This document shows positions 24,001 to 36,200 of a stretch of 64,000 nt of DNA, piece after piece. The first letter of the stretch is position 1, and every line of letters starts with the position of its first letter. The DNA comes from Monocercomonoides exilis PA203 (taxonomy: Eukaryota; Protista; Preaxostyla), in assembly GCA_001643675.2 (NCBI GenBank), contig LSRY02000014.1, positions 682,001 to 746,000 on the forward strand, read 5' to 3'. The position numbers and the translations under genes were made by a program. The notes below the pieces were generated by a model, which searched no databases, had not been told where the DNA came from, and saw only the letters and a list, made by a program, of their open reading frames with translations.

Positions 24001-25133
24001 CATTCAAATCCTGCCATCTGAGTTAAGTCCATTATCAATAACCCTCCTCCATCAGCAGCTGCCTCACAGCTGCGAAACACCACATTTTCCAGTTTCACTT
24101 TCCCTTTCATCGCACCAATCATCGCTCCTCCCCCACGAACAGCTCTTCCATAATCAATTTTTGTATCAGCAATGTTCAGTTCACTTTCCGGGTGCATCAT
24201 CTCAAAATAGATGCAACCTCCATTTTCTGATTTCAGTGATTGCATCGAAGATATTTCGCATTCAGATAAGGTAATCGTCACTTTTTTGTCTGCCCCACTT
24301 TTCGCTTCGAGCAACACCGGTCCTGCATTTTCCCTCTCAATGGTGTTAAATTGGCTTCCTTCTAGTGCGAACGAAGATGGAAGTTCCAGGGCACATTCTT
24401 TGTCAAGTCTTGCACAGTTAATTTGAAAATTCTTCAATTGTTGCAAGACAACTTCCTCAGAGATGTGTAGTATGGCCACACTAGAAAGATAACAATTGCC
24501 TAAATAACCCCAATAAAATCCGTCAATCGATATTTTACCTTCAATTATTCTCAATATCGAGAACGGTGCAAATTCATCTGTCCGTTTGTGAAAATAAATG
24601 CTGCAATCTCTAACAGCCAAGTCTCCGTCAACTCCTCTAGAAAGAATAATTGCAGATGTCTCTTCTGCTTCATTTAATGGTCGTCTGGTTTTAAATGGAA
24701 TAAGATTAAATGTTAAATGATCTAGCGTCAGTGTTTTCTCATTCACCATGTGGAACTTCCCTCTTGCTGCCAGAACAGTCAAATCAAATGCGATTGTTCT
24801 TCTAACCGCTTGTTTTGAAGTTGTTGTAATTGCCAGGCTGAAATCTTTTAAAAATTGTAAACCATATGGCATTTCAGAAGTGTCAACAATTTTGATGGAC
24901 TTATCTCCAGGACCTTCACCAAGCAACTCAATCCCTTTCGCAATTGTTTTGCACGGATCCGCCTCACTTCCACAGTTCTGCTTCGAATCGTCTCCTTTTT
25001 CAGAAATAAAAATGGTATCAACAGCTGCCTCTTCCCAGCCATTGGTAAATGCATTTGACCGATTTTTGTTATCGCGTTGAGGAGCGGTGCAATTTGCAAA
25101 TAGATGGTTCACCAGTATTAAAATCAAAATCAT
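21027..25133 (-). CDS. Type I membrane protein of the same family: 3 modules, short cytoplasmic tail, no pseudokinase (1368 aa)
   Basis: Signal-like MILILILVNHLFA; CGSEADPC, CGKQEKRPC, CGRKERPC; membrane-proximal LCSWNSG...FVNNHP...FPSLRNNI; TM near the C-terminus with a tail of about 16 aa. Confidence 0.9.
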   Translation of the reverse strand: MILILILVNHLFANCTAPQRDNKNRSNAFTNGWEEAAVDTIFISEKGDDSKQNCGSEADPCKTIAKGIELLGEGPGDKSIKIVDTSEMPYGLQFLKDFSLAITTTSKQAVRRTIAFDLTVLAARGKFHMVNEKTLTLDHLTFNLIPFKTRRPLNEAEETSAIILSRGVDGDLAVRDCSIYFHKRTDEFAPFSILRIIEGKISIDGFYWGYLGNCYLSSVAILHISEEVVLQQLKNFQINCARLDKECALELPSSFALEGSQFNTIERENAGPVLLEAKSGADKKVTITLSECEISSMQSLKSENGGCIYFEMMHPESELNIADTKIDYGRAVRGGGAMIGAMKGKVKLENVVFRSCEAAADGGGLLIMDLTQMAGFECRNGTFLECKAKTGGGMAIHLGKEAKLIDEILFKNCFFKENSAGQCGNDLALCSEGVIEMNQSPFDVDSFSLTKEHRIGAIKKDGTIVFHSDWLRFDTVDIDIDGINGEDSEECGKQEKRPCKTMKQAVNNVLQGREFSLYATEDSNKFDVEPIMIEERFVKILNRKDNAIRITTVLDEAKVHPGEGLFNVLQNANFRLSRADVQVDTTRQSGRDNSLFVCNGNGAFADIYRVNISCTDPKQMLNCVLIECKIGKLSLNYVLISHFTSSFAIVLAEAAKDVYLCGLSMDTITTTCTTQSILTILAECRELNFFSGNISNCRSTEHKVGGALYLEIGNYNYYSFSKGRFVNCSCESPKTASNGRNSMQNEESKGGALFIRTSDEITETVNLKLNGMRFSDCSADRGKNMYLSIPIGRKQIKEEFFEFEMEDIYGSANLMLLEERKGGEMNIVDLLSDEADRLPYHSQNIYVGGERACNDKICGRKERPCNLISTAIEHGIQNGEVSMYIIGRVFVDKPFLIDEFVTLTSASEASSEPSSEWEQGSSKASNSFSVTEKNRGILQIGSNMKADSEIAVFEMRNYYISFEHIDIEYPDAIKGDALDIIYAEYDLKITDVVFKPWYTGLKGENVKGGDGRALPYRLIVSSQGPETYKQLVIYGRNGNITNGKQSNEYGNIKEGEKNHFLKFKESFASSDQMNREGEEDNPLCSWNSGLLYVHGAFHLYINDSSFVDISEGAIYSTYSRLTMNNCSFVNNHPIGNNWDKFPSLRNNIRSPDKSESYYIFINSLAAGSDGLDGKPFGMLVEGKVYGNAAENMDSYIFTPVLKNATLIKKAKETSEKGKDRILESNKGAQAVIHGSYLFPCELTVEASEKRVGKMKEWIECPVSEYVNETEMRVTIPSSLLEGDEYTSLVCRLRYQSGIAKGEKRSTDYITLAKQKKEDPKKLTKGQVTAIIASVSAFAIVAVAMIIIVVCVVENKKRRQYRSFTDEKN

Positions 25134-25801
25134 TTTAATGAGAAATACAATTGGTTTTTGATCAATTTACGTATTCAAAAAATCAGAGTCACCAAATTTT
25201 TTTGAATTGAAGAATGAGAATATATTGAAAAAAAACGTTACAAATAAACCTGAGTGAAATTTTGACTTTTGAAAAGAAAAACTGATGAAAGGCTGATGTG
25301 AAAAATAATTGTCTCATGTTTAAAAAATCATCGATATTTTTTAATTGCAACAAATAAATAAACATCTGTTGCATATGAAAATTGTGTGATGAGACGAAGA
25401 TATTGAAGTCAAGTTTGTCAGAAATCAAGATTCTTTTGTCAAAAGTCAAAACATCACACAGTGGGGCAAAACTCCTCCATTCATAAAAAAATCAACAATT
25501 AGATACATTTTTTCAACAGTCATATCATTTTAATTATTTCATTCTCACGTAAAAAAACACAAAGAAAAGTCAAAAATTGAGAAAAAGAAAAGAAAATAAT
25601 GCTTGGAACTAAATTCAGAAAGCAAAATATTTCGTCACTTGCAAAATAATTTTCAATATTTAGAAGCTAAATATTCTTTTCATGCAGATAACATTTCAAA
25701 ATTAACCTTCAAAATGCATTTCAATATGATTAAATAATAACCTGAAAATGGATTAATGCTTTTTTATTTTTATTTTATTATTTTTTTATTTTTTTATATT
25801 T

Positions 25802-25803
<2 letters not shown>

Positions 25804-25836
<33 letters not shown>
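25804..25836 (+). repeat. Poly-T homopolymer (33 nt)
   Basis: Direct observation. Confidence 0.9.
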
Positions 25837-25837
<1 letters not shown>

Positions 25838-26100
25838 GTTATTATTCTGCAAGTTCTTCAAGATGAACGAAACATCTCCAGATTTGCCCCTCAAAATAAC
25901 TTTAACAAGTCAAAGAAGAGCATTTTTGAAGCGATGATTTTTGTCCGCGAGAAAAGCCAAATAAAATTAAAAATAAATAAATAAATCAATAAAATAACAG
26001 CCAAAATAAAACGATTGAATTTGAATAAAAACTAATTTCCATAAAACTGAAATAAGTTCTAATCAAACAATCAAACAAAAATGCGAATTATAAATCTCTT

Positions 26101-27499
26101 CTACAAAGAGCGAACGTAATATTTAAGAATGTTGTACATGGCAATCTCAGAAACCCCAAACTTCTGAGGCGTTGCAGCATGATTGCAAAACATCTGCTGA
26201 GTCACAAGTGCATAAAGAAAAGAGAGAAGCGAAAAGGCTTCAAAAGAAGTAAAACTTGAAGTTGATATGCTTTTTGAGGAAAAGTTGCCAAATTCTTGAG
26301 CAATGGAAGGAGAATGAACAGGAGATATTGAAGAAGAAGAAGAAGAAGAAGAAGAAGAAGAAGAAGAAGAAGAAGAAGAAGAAAATCCAAATGAAGGTTG
26401 TCCATATTCAGTAGAAGGGTGCAAGTAATGGAATGAGTAAATTTGTGAAGCCAAAGTCGAATCAAAATCAGAGTCAGAAGATGTAGATAAAGATGCAGAA
26501 GCAAAAGAAGAAGGAGAAGGAGAAGGAGAAGTAGAGGAAGAGGAAGTGGCAGAGGCAGAGGCAGAGACAGAGACAGAGGCAGAAGATGAAGATGAAGATG
26601 AAGATGAAGAAGTAGTTTGTGGTATTTGCATATTCTTTGAAAAAGTGTCCTTATCCGAATTTTGTTCATATTCTTTTTCTTTTTCTTTTTCATGAATTTC
26701 ATAAGCAGATGAATTAAACAGATTCAAATGGGCAAAGACGACAGAAGCGAACGAAGGAAGTTTGTAGTTTGGATTGGAATAAGTCCGCTGAGTCACTTCG
26801 TCAATAAACGGAGTTGAAATAGCTTTGATATCTGATCAAAAGAAAACATATCAAAATAAATAAATAAATAAATAAGAGAGATAGATAAGATGAAGAAAAA
26901 GATGTAATTGAAAAAAGAACTTACATAAAAAAAAATATAAAAAAATAAAAAATGCAACTAAAAATAAGACTCATAAAAACTAATATTTCATAGCACACAT
27001 GCAATAATCTGAACAATTTCATCTTCTTCCTCCTCTAAATTGTTGCTTTCGGAACTAATCAGCTTCCATCCTTCGTATTTATCACACTTTGATGCAGATG
27101 TCCCCAAAGAACAGATCTCTTCCTTATTTTTCTTTGAACCATCTTCACAAACAGTTTTATAATCTTTCTTTTCTTCCTTCATCTCCCTTTTTTCGTTGCC
27201 TGCCACTTCTTTTTCAGCCGAACCCGCCTGCTTCGTGCCACTCGAGCACGTTTTCATCCATTTTGCTTTCTCGTTTTTCAGGCGGAGTATCGAAAAGGCA
27301 TCCAAAGCAGCTGCACAGCACACACAAACATCGCCTGCAAGAGACAAAGAAGAGCAGCGCTCGACCAGATGAAGGAGAGAATTGAATGCAGTTGGAAGCG
27401 AAAGTGGGATGCCCAACTGAAGGAATGAAAAACGAGTGTGAAGAGAAAGAGGATCGGAAAGAGGCAAAGGAAAAAAAGGAATTGAAGAAGAAGAAGAAG

Positions 27500-27531
<32 letters not shown>

Positions 27532-29730
27532 TCTGTAATTGATTTGATTGATGGTGGTGGTGATGATGATAAAGATGGAAGGTCAAGGAGCGGAGATGAC
27601 AGAGGAATCGAAGAGGTCAATGAATCAATGGGATAATCAGAAATAATACTTGGAGGCAGCTGGGAAGAAAGAAGAGACAGAAAATAAGAAGAAACGAATC
27701 TTTTTTGATCATGCGGTATCTTCAAATGTGTGTATGATGAAATATCATCAATGGATTGCATAAAGCTTGTTTCATCTGATAACACAGAAGTTGAGCACGA
27801 CATTGCGCTTTTGTGGCGTTGGTCCTTTTGCTCCGCATCGCCATCACCCTCTTTTCCAGCTGAATTGCCTCCATATTCGTTTATTGGAATGCTCAGCTCT
27901 ACACTTTCATTTGATGATATCAGGAGCTCATCTGATGCTGAAGACGATATCTCCAATGAACCAGATGAATGACAATCTGTTGAAATTGGAGTTGTTTTCA
28001 TCTCATCTTTTCCATCACCAGTGGAAATGCTGCTGAAGGGTTTTGCTGATATTTTGGCAGAATTAATAACTGTGCTTTCCTTTTCCCGTCCATCTTTTAA
28101 TTCAGCTAATTGCTCTTTAAGAAAAGGATGCTCGCACGCTTGTTTTGGATAAATACGTTTTGCAGAATTGACTTGGAGGCAATTCTCGATGAAACTCCTG
28201 GCGTGGATATCTGCTATTTTTTCGAATGGAAGGTTTTGGTGCATTTTTTTGATTCGTCTTTGAGAAGAAGAATTAATAATGACATGCATTAATATTAAGA
28301 AGAAGAACAAAAGGGAAGTTTAAAAGAAGATGTTATGGAGCAGCGCAAACTCTCTTAGTTGATCTTCGTTCTGAACTTGGTTGATAACATATTCTTTACC
28401 GATAAGGTCATAATTGAAAGGTAACTCCCTTCAGAGCAAATTATTAACATAGTTTCAAAAATGCATATGTAATTGTAATGTTGACACACAAACACTCAAA
28501 ATAACAATAAGATTGCAAACATTTGGCTGTCCATAAGCTTCCAGGCAATGATGCCCAATGACCACATGTCATTATTTAACCAGGGCTGAATCTTCTCATC
28601 ATCACTCAATCTTGTGAATCCCTTTGATAAGTTTATCCATGTTTCTGGCGCAGCATATAGCTTGGGGCTGCATTTAAAAATGATAAAGAAAGAAAGAAAG
28701 AAAGAAAATTATGATTACATTTAATTATTTCGTGATTTGTAAACATTTATGCCAAAATTTTAAAATAAAAGTCATATGAAACAACAATAAGCATTCAAAC
28801 CCTTTATTTGCTTGTGTTTCGTTAAGTGAATTTGGTATAAATACTTTTACAATTCCAAAATCTGCAACTTTCAAAAGAGGCACTCCCCCATCTTTTGGCA
28901 GATTCACTAAAATGTTTTGCGGTTTAAGGTCTCTAAATAGGCAAATTGAAAATTTATATATAATCATAAAACAAATTTCCTTCGCTGATTTTCCCCTTCA
29001 AATAACAACAATTGCATACCTGTGCACTATATTATTTTCTTCGAAAATTTTTAAGACGTACACTTTACATTGTTTATTCATAATGGAATTTAGTAATAAT
29101 TTTCAAATATTTCAAATAAAAAAAAATGAGAAAGGTATAAAGAAATTACTTATTTCAAACAAATTTGTGCTAATATCTTCTTGCAGAATTTCGAATCTTT
29201 GAACATGTCCTTTTTTTCATTCAAATAAGTATCAAATGTCTTAAAAATTTTGATGCAAAATGCTTTGAATTAAAAATACGATACCATATCACAATATTCC
29301 ATAAGATATCCAATGCACTGCTCTTTTTCTATAAAAAACATAACTTTCAAAATATGTTCAGTCACCCTAATATGGAAATATAAAATTTCAGATTTAATTT
29401 TTAAAGAAAAATATAATTCTTAATACTGTGAAAATTTTTCTAGATATTCAAATTCTTGACGAATGCTGTCCTTTGCAGATTTATTTTGCGGATATTTCAA
29501 AATTTTCAATGCACAAATTTGATTTTCATATATAACTTTGTAAACGCTTGTAAAAAATCAATATAAATAATCTAAAGAAAAAGAAATAATACATTCCAAA
29601 ACTTCCATGTCCTGGGCAAAGAGATAACTTGTTAAAAAATCTGTTGAATTCAAAACATACCAATATATATTGGATTATCAATTCCACATTCTGCTTTTAA
29701 CATTTGGAAAATGTCTTTTCTAGTGTTCAT
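26101..29730 (-). CDS. Ser/Thr protein kinase with a long Ser-rich C-terminal region, at least 11 exons
   Basis: Spliced motifs IG^HGSFG, CALK, LMEYC, HR^DLKPQN, VADFG, YAAPE, DMWSLG, KR..HPFL. At least 10 GT-AG introns. The 3' end may extend to an exon near 25840. Confidence 0.88.
26330..26383 (+). repeat. (GAA)18 microsatellite encoding poly-Ser on the minus strand
   Basis: Direct observation. Confidence 0.9.
27484..27528 (+). repeat. (GAA)15 microsatellite encoding poly-Ser on the minus strand
   Basis: Direct observation. Confidence 0.9.
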
Positions 29731-29952
29731 AAGTTTCAGGTTTCTCGAAAAATGCAATAGCTTCTGCAATTAACAAAATAATTCAGCAAATATTGCAGAA
29801 AATAAAAAACTAATATTTTGTAAGGGGTTCTTCAAAGTAAATAATGTATCTTTTGATCAGGTCAAAAGTAATAAACTTTTTGAAATCAAATTTAATAACA
29901 GAGACGTTGTAATTTTTGAATGTCTAGTTTTCCACACAATTCACCAAGTGCA

Positions 29953-30567
29953 ATGTCTTCTTCAGGCAACCCTTTTCGCAACACTGTTTCTCAGCCTCTT
30001 CCTGTGCAACAAAGTCAGCTCGAGAAAATTACGCAATTGTCCAAAAGGTTGGAGACAATGAGCACCCACAGCGCGAAGGAAAAATCGGTTTGATTGAAAT
30101 TGGTATATTTTTCTGATATTTTTTTTAAAACTCAATTTAGACAATGAGAAAAGAAATTGAAACAAAATTGAAGCAAGTTCAACAATCATTTGACAAATAC
30201 ACAAATGGAACAAGTCAAACTTCTCAACTTTTAAAACAGAGAGTTGAGCAATTGAAGCTTAGCGTGGATAATTTGAAAGGTTATTTATATTAATATTATT
30301 TTTTATATAATCAACTTTCTTTCTAAATAATTGAATTTTTCGTTTATTTCCAGGTTCATTTGCTACTTTCGATAAAAAGATAGTCAAAGACCTTGAAGCA
30401 CAAAAAACAAGAATTGAAATGGATCTTCTTGAGAATAAAAAACAAACAAGCGAAAAAACACAACAACAAATGGTCAGCTTAACACAGGATATTGAAATGG
30501 CAAAGTAATAACTATAATTAGCATTTATTTCTTAATGCTGTTCACCTTTTTTTTTTTTTTTTTTTTT

Positions 30568-30604
<37 letters not shown>

Positions 30605-31238
30605 TTTGTTTGTTTGAACATGATCTTAGAACGGAATTGGCAGAAGGAAAAAAAGCAAATCAAAAGGATGCTCAAAAAGTTATAGATGCCTGTCAAGGTG
30701 ACATGGAAGAAGCTGTAAAGGAAGCCGAAAAGCGGAAAGAAAATCGTGAAAAACAACGTATGACGTTATTCTCTACAGTTAATTTGAAAATTGTTTTCAA
30801 ACGTTAAAAATAATTTGCATTAATTCATGTATTTTTTGAATGTGAACCGAAACATTTTACTAACATAGTTCAAGCGTTGCTTGTTTCATATACTAATAGC
30901 AGCAAAGCTATTGAAGAAATGAAGCAACTATTAAAAGATGAAAAGAAAGCGAAAATTGACAGTTTTAAATCCATTTCTCAATCACAAGAAGCTGCTTGGG
31001 AACGTGTTCAGATGATGCTAACTGTTTGTGAATATGTTTATTGATATGAAAATTAAAATTTGATTTTTTTTTTTTTTAATGTTAATATATTAATATGTAT
31101 TAATCTATATATATCTGCAATTTTAATTTTCTATGCCTTCTTTTTGATCAGACTGAAAGCCGAAGAAGCAATGAGTCAGAAGATAAACTAACAAAGCAAC
31201 TGGAAACAATGTGGACCGAATATGGAATAGGAGAATGA
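29953..31238 (+). CDS. 264-aa coiled-coil protein, probable SF-assemblin/beta-giardin family, 6 exons
   Basis: Exons 29953-30087, 30141-30279, 30354-30504, 30630-30757, 30869-31023, 31152-31238 splice to one ORF. Short Pro/Ser head, then a continuous coiled coil ending ESRRSNESEDKLTKQLE. The gene model is solid; the family call is tentative. Confidence 0.6.
30547..30603 (+). repeat. Intronic poly-T (T24-ac-T31)
   Basis: Direct observation, inside intron 30505-30629. Confidence 0.9.
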
Positions 31239-31526
31239 TAATTATGTTTTTGTATTAAAAACAATCACTATTTTCTTCATTTCAAACTATTCTAATTTGC
31301 TCTTCTCATGTCTGTTTGCTTAATATTTTGATTTCTGTAATTTTTTTTCATCCTCCGACATATGAATATCTTTTTTTTTCCCTTGAATATTATTAAATGT
31401 AAATTCAAACATTTCCATTTAACAATAAAAATTTAAAAATAAAAATATTTTGCAAGAATAGAAAACCATAAAAAAATCTTTGGTTAGTGCTTGAAGACTT
31501 TTCGTATTTCATCTCTTGACTCGTTC

Positions 31527-33029
31527 ATGATAAGCGTAAGTAGTTCGTTTTCTTTTCTTTTTATTTCTTTCACTTTAATTTTATTCCATTTATTTATTAT
31601 TTTCATTCGTAATTCATTGAATTAATTTCTTTGATGAACATAATCCAAAATTTCAGAAGATGACATTGTATTTGACGAAGCAGAATGCAAGAAAAAACTT
31701 TCGCATCTGCATAATTCAAAAGAAATTAACGACTATTCAATTACAATCACTGAAATTTTTGAGAAGACTCGATATTTTTTCATTCAAAATCCTCTGAAAT
31801 ATCCAAAGTTGTTTGAACTCTGGAAGAATATTTTCAGACATCTTTTTATAAGCGACAATATCTCTTCAAAAAAATATGGTTCTTTTGAACAAGAAGAATC
31901 AATGATCAAAAACATAGCTGAAAGATTCATTAATCAAAAAAGAAAAGAGAAACATGGTAACATTAATTCGAACACTGAACGATTGCAAATTTATCTCTAT
32001 TCTACATCTTATAACTACAATTATGACAGAGAGATATCAGTTGCTATGCTGAAAGAATTTGAAGAAACATTAATTAAGATGAAATGTAGTGATCAAACAA
32101 AGATAAATGACATTCTGCTTGCGCTCTTAATTGTTACAAAAAATGGTATAATTTGAAATTTTTTTGTTTCAAATTAGTTAATTATTATTTAATCAAATGA
32201 TCTTTCTCAATTTGCATTTGAAAAAATTAAACTATTTTCACCATCAGATTATGCATTTAATTCAGCGGAATTCTTCAAATTAAAATACCAAGAAAAATTA
32301 ATCGGCTTTGCCAAAAAATGCATTTGCGATCCGAAGTGCTCTTCATTCACCTATTGCTTGTGTTGGATGTGCATGTTTCAAACCAAAAATATGAACAAGT
32401 CAGTTGCATGGGATGCGTTAATGGAATTGGATATTTTAAATGTAATGCAAACACAAATAATGAATCTTTATAAGAGCTTACAAAAAATGAACAAAGAGAG
32501 AGAGGTTCTCGAGAAGCGTGAACTGACAGAATGGCAGCTGTGCGAGTGGATATGGTTATCGGCTTCTGTTGTTCAATCTAAGTGCATGCTTCTCGAAAGT
32601 ATCCTACAGATGCCAGACCTTTGCCGAATGCCGGATATGATCCTTAACGGACCCATGCACCTGCGTGGAGAGATTTCTGATAACATTCTAATTTTTATAG
32701 AAAACCTCATATTGTTTGGTGAGTATAGCGACATTGTTGCCATTTTGGATCTTGGACTTTTTGATCTAGTTGTCCGTCAACTGACAGAAAACTTATTTGT
32801 TAGAAGACATCGGCAATACTCAACAGATCACTGCATGAATGAGATGTTTCAAGCAATCGAGCGAATACAATCAGATGAGGGAGACACAAAGGAGTGTTGG
32901 ATGTTGAGGCAGCGAGTGTATGACAAGATTGCTGAAAGCGGGGCAGAAGACATAGTCGAGGCACGCACTTTTTCGAATAAATTTTACGGTTTCAATGACT
33001 TCATGATAAATTCAAAAAAAAAGTGTTAG
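31527..33029 (+). CDS. Hypothetical alpha-helical (ARM-like) protein, probably related to 4821-6811
   Basis: Open frame ~31657-32145, intron ~32146-32247, last exon to TAG at 33029. C-terminal AESGAEDI motif. First exon uncertain. Confidence 0.72.
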
Positions 33030-33255
33030 CGATTATTTAAGTCTACTGCCACACCGCTAAATATCTTCAAATTCAAAAGATGAAAAAAAATTTTTTTTTT
33101 CACAATTTGTCGATGGAGCATTTTTATGCATCTGTAGAGAGAGTTGATTTTTTTATATCTTCCGCATAACACCACTTGAACAACAAACCAACTGCAAAAG
33201 CAAGAAGATGTAAAGAGTTGCATCTGAATTCGTTGCAATGTAACTTCGTATTTGA

Positions 33256-36200
33256 TCAAGTTGCTGAACTTTCAGATTTTGCATCATCAACAGCATCAAA
33301 AATGTCCGAGGCTGCTTGTATGTTTGCATAGATTTCGACAAAGACAGGAAACAAAGAAGGAAAACACGCAAAATGTGTCAGGTAATCCGAGAGGAATGCG
33401 CCCATCCAACACAAACACTCGTTCAGCATTGGGCGAAGAAGAAGATTCAGCTTTTGCAAATGATTTCTTTTCCGTTCTTTTTCGTTCCACTTCAAACTTT
33501 TGTTTTCTGTTGAATATATATCACATTTTTTATTTGTTATATCTTGATTTGTCAGCTCTTCCAGCTCCATCTGTAGCTCTAATGCATCATTTGAAACATA
33601 CTCTGCAATTTCTGCAGCGTTTCCAGCCAGCTCTCCCAGCACCTTTTCCATCGAATAGATCAGCTTATAAGCTTCGCTCAGCGTCACATCCTGCCTCATC
33701 TTGGCTGACAGCGCGGTGAACAGCCCGCTTTCGTCAGAGTCGTATTTGGGTGCTTGCTCAGCTGACTGAGAGGAAGTCAGAGAAAGCTCTCTGCGCAAAT
33801 GCGCAGGAAGCGATGCCAAAGTAAACGGATGTGTCATCCTCCGGACAGCTTCTGTGAGAAGGCAAATATCTGCAGCCATTTTGTGGATTCCGAGAGGAAC
33901 AATCAGACCGTATTTCACCAATTCCAGTAAGTCTCTCCAATCAGGAACCAGTTGGAATGCTCCGAGAACTTCATCACAGCGAGCGCCTGGACTGCTTTTC
34001 TCGCTTTTTCCTCCTCCCAGGCGGACCATTCTTGCGTCTTCTTCCTCTTCGCTCACAATTTGCTTTTCTTCTTCCTTAATCTTCTTCCACACTCTTGTTT
34101 GTGTATCTGCAAGTGCATCATCTTCCTTTTGGAGACTCTCGTTTTCCTCGTCTCGTCGCAGTAAAGCTCCACTCCACGTTTGCCATTTCTCCATTTGATT
34201 TCTTTTTCTCTCTTCCTCTTCCTCCTCTTCCTGTGTTTTGCGAACGAATGCACAAGACAGAAGCGTCTGTGCCATTCCAAGCACGCATTCTGCTGGAATG
34301 GAAAGATACTGCCAATTAATAGGAAGAAGGCAGAAATTTGACCCAATAGTTGTTAATTTTGACTCTTTGATTGATGATTGTTCGCCTCTGTGAATACAAA
34401 CAGATGAAGACAAGCGATAAGTTGACATTCCATTTTCTGAAACTTCTTTTCCAGATTTTTCATTTGAGGAATCAATATTTCCCTTTTCTTCTCTTTCGTT
34501 ATTCAAAGCACTATCCGAGAGATAGTTTCGAAGATGTTCTTTCTGCCTCTGTTGTGCTTCCACAGAACCAGCTGCAATTCCAAACAGCAGCCTCGATATC
34601 TGAACAACTACAGACTGGTATCCGTTGAGATGCGCTGATTCGGCTGAGTGGCTGGAATCTGCAGAATCATAAGTCGTGCTGAGAGGAACAGCCTTTGTGA
34701 GTGTGAGCATCATGCGCTCCAATTTCAGAATGAGCTGCTCTGTCGTTAAAACGGTTACTTTTGCAAAATCTCCGGATGCTGATTGCTTTAACGAGAAGAA
34801 GTCGTTCAATGCTGCTTCACTTAGCTCGTTTGGAATGGCCCAGTGGATGTCTTCTCTGACTCCTTCGCCAGCTTTCTGCTTTGTTCGCTTGCAGTTTAAA
34901 AGCTCCTTTGTGCATGCGACACACACTCCCCACAAAATGAAGCGGAGTTGTCTGCGCTCCCAAATGCGAAATTCGGCTTCGGAGGAAAACTGAACAGACT
35001 GTGAGCATGCCAGTCGAAGGGAAGAAGGAAACTTAAGTGAAGAAGGCATTGACGAAGACGGAGACGCTGAGTCAGAAGTGATATCCAAAAAAGCAGAAAA
35101 CAGCATCAGAACACGCCAATGAAGTGAAAACAGCAAAGACTTGTTGACAATTGGTGAAAGAAATATTGACTGTGCATTCTGTTCAGAAGACAGACGTTGC
35201 CCTTGGGCAGATGCAGATGTCTCCTCTGCACTGCTCTGAATGCTCAAAGAAGAGGGAGAGGGATTGGAAGAGTCTGAGGTTATTGCTCTTGGAATAAGAG
35301 AGGAAGAGCTGCGTTCTCTGCCAAAGCGGCCCATGACACTTTTACTGGGACGATGCACCTTCGAATTCTGCTGTGCTGTCTTCGCATCCAAAGAATCGTT
35401 TGAAGCAGACGAAAGCACCTCTGCAAACGGTAAAGGCGACGGAGATGTGACCTCGGCAGTTGCAAGTGAAAGTGCAGATGCGGCTGGCGAAGGAGCAGAC
35501 AAAGGCGTTTCAAGTGGTGTTTGGGCAAGCGGAAGCGATGCTGCAGATGTCGATGCTACAACAGCAGCAAATGGAGAGTCAGATTTGAGAGATGAAACTG
35601 AAGAAGACTCAGGAGAAGATGGCTGAGAAGATGAGCTTGGCGTTTGTGGAAGAAGTTGGGTAGAATTTGACTGGGCAGTTGAGGTGCTTTGCTCTGGTGC
35701 TTGCAATGCGCCCAACCCTAATGAGACAGAGACCGGATGAAAAATTGCTATTGTCTGACGTTTGCTTCTATTCGTTAAATTGTCTGCTGGGTACTCACCT
35801 CTCAATCGAGGATCCCACAAGCAATTGCACTCTCCTGGAAATTCAAGGCTTGCATCACAACGACACAATGCCCGAGAGCGAGATGGCAGGCACCATTGAG
35901 ATAAATTTTTCTGTTTCGTAGTGTCTTCTGCAAGCGAAACATCGGCTTCTAGTGGTAATATTGTAATAATGTTCTTTTTGTCAGATCCTTCGCGTTTTAA
36001 AAAGTGCTCTTGGATTAACTGCTTTCCAATACGTTGCAGTTTTAATGGAATCGAATTGAGAAACTCAGAAGCGATAATTAGAGTTTCAACAGAAATTGCC
36101 ATTCTTTCTTCGTAACTAAATGAAAGCATATTCTTTGCCTTAAATTGAGCTGAAGATTCTAAAGAACGAAACGAACACAAAGCATCATCTAACAAACAAG

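Noticed and set aside
25457-25480. CACAGTG, an RSS/Transib-like heptamer
   Set aside because: No correctly spaced nonamer and no matching inverted end were found.
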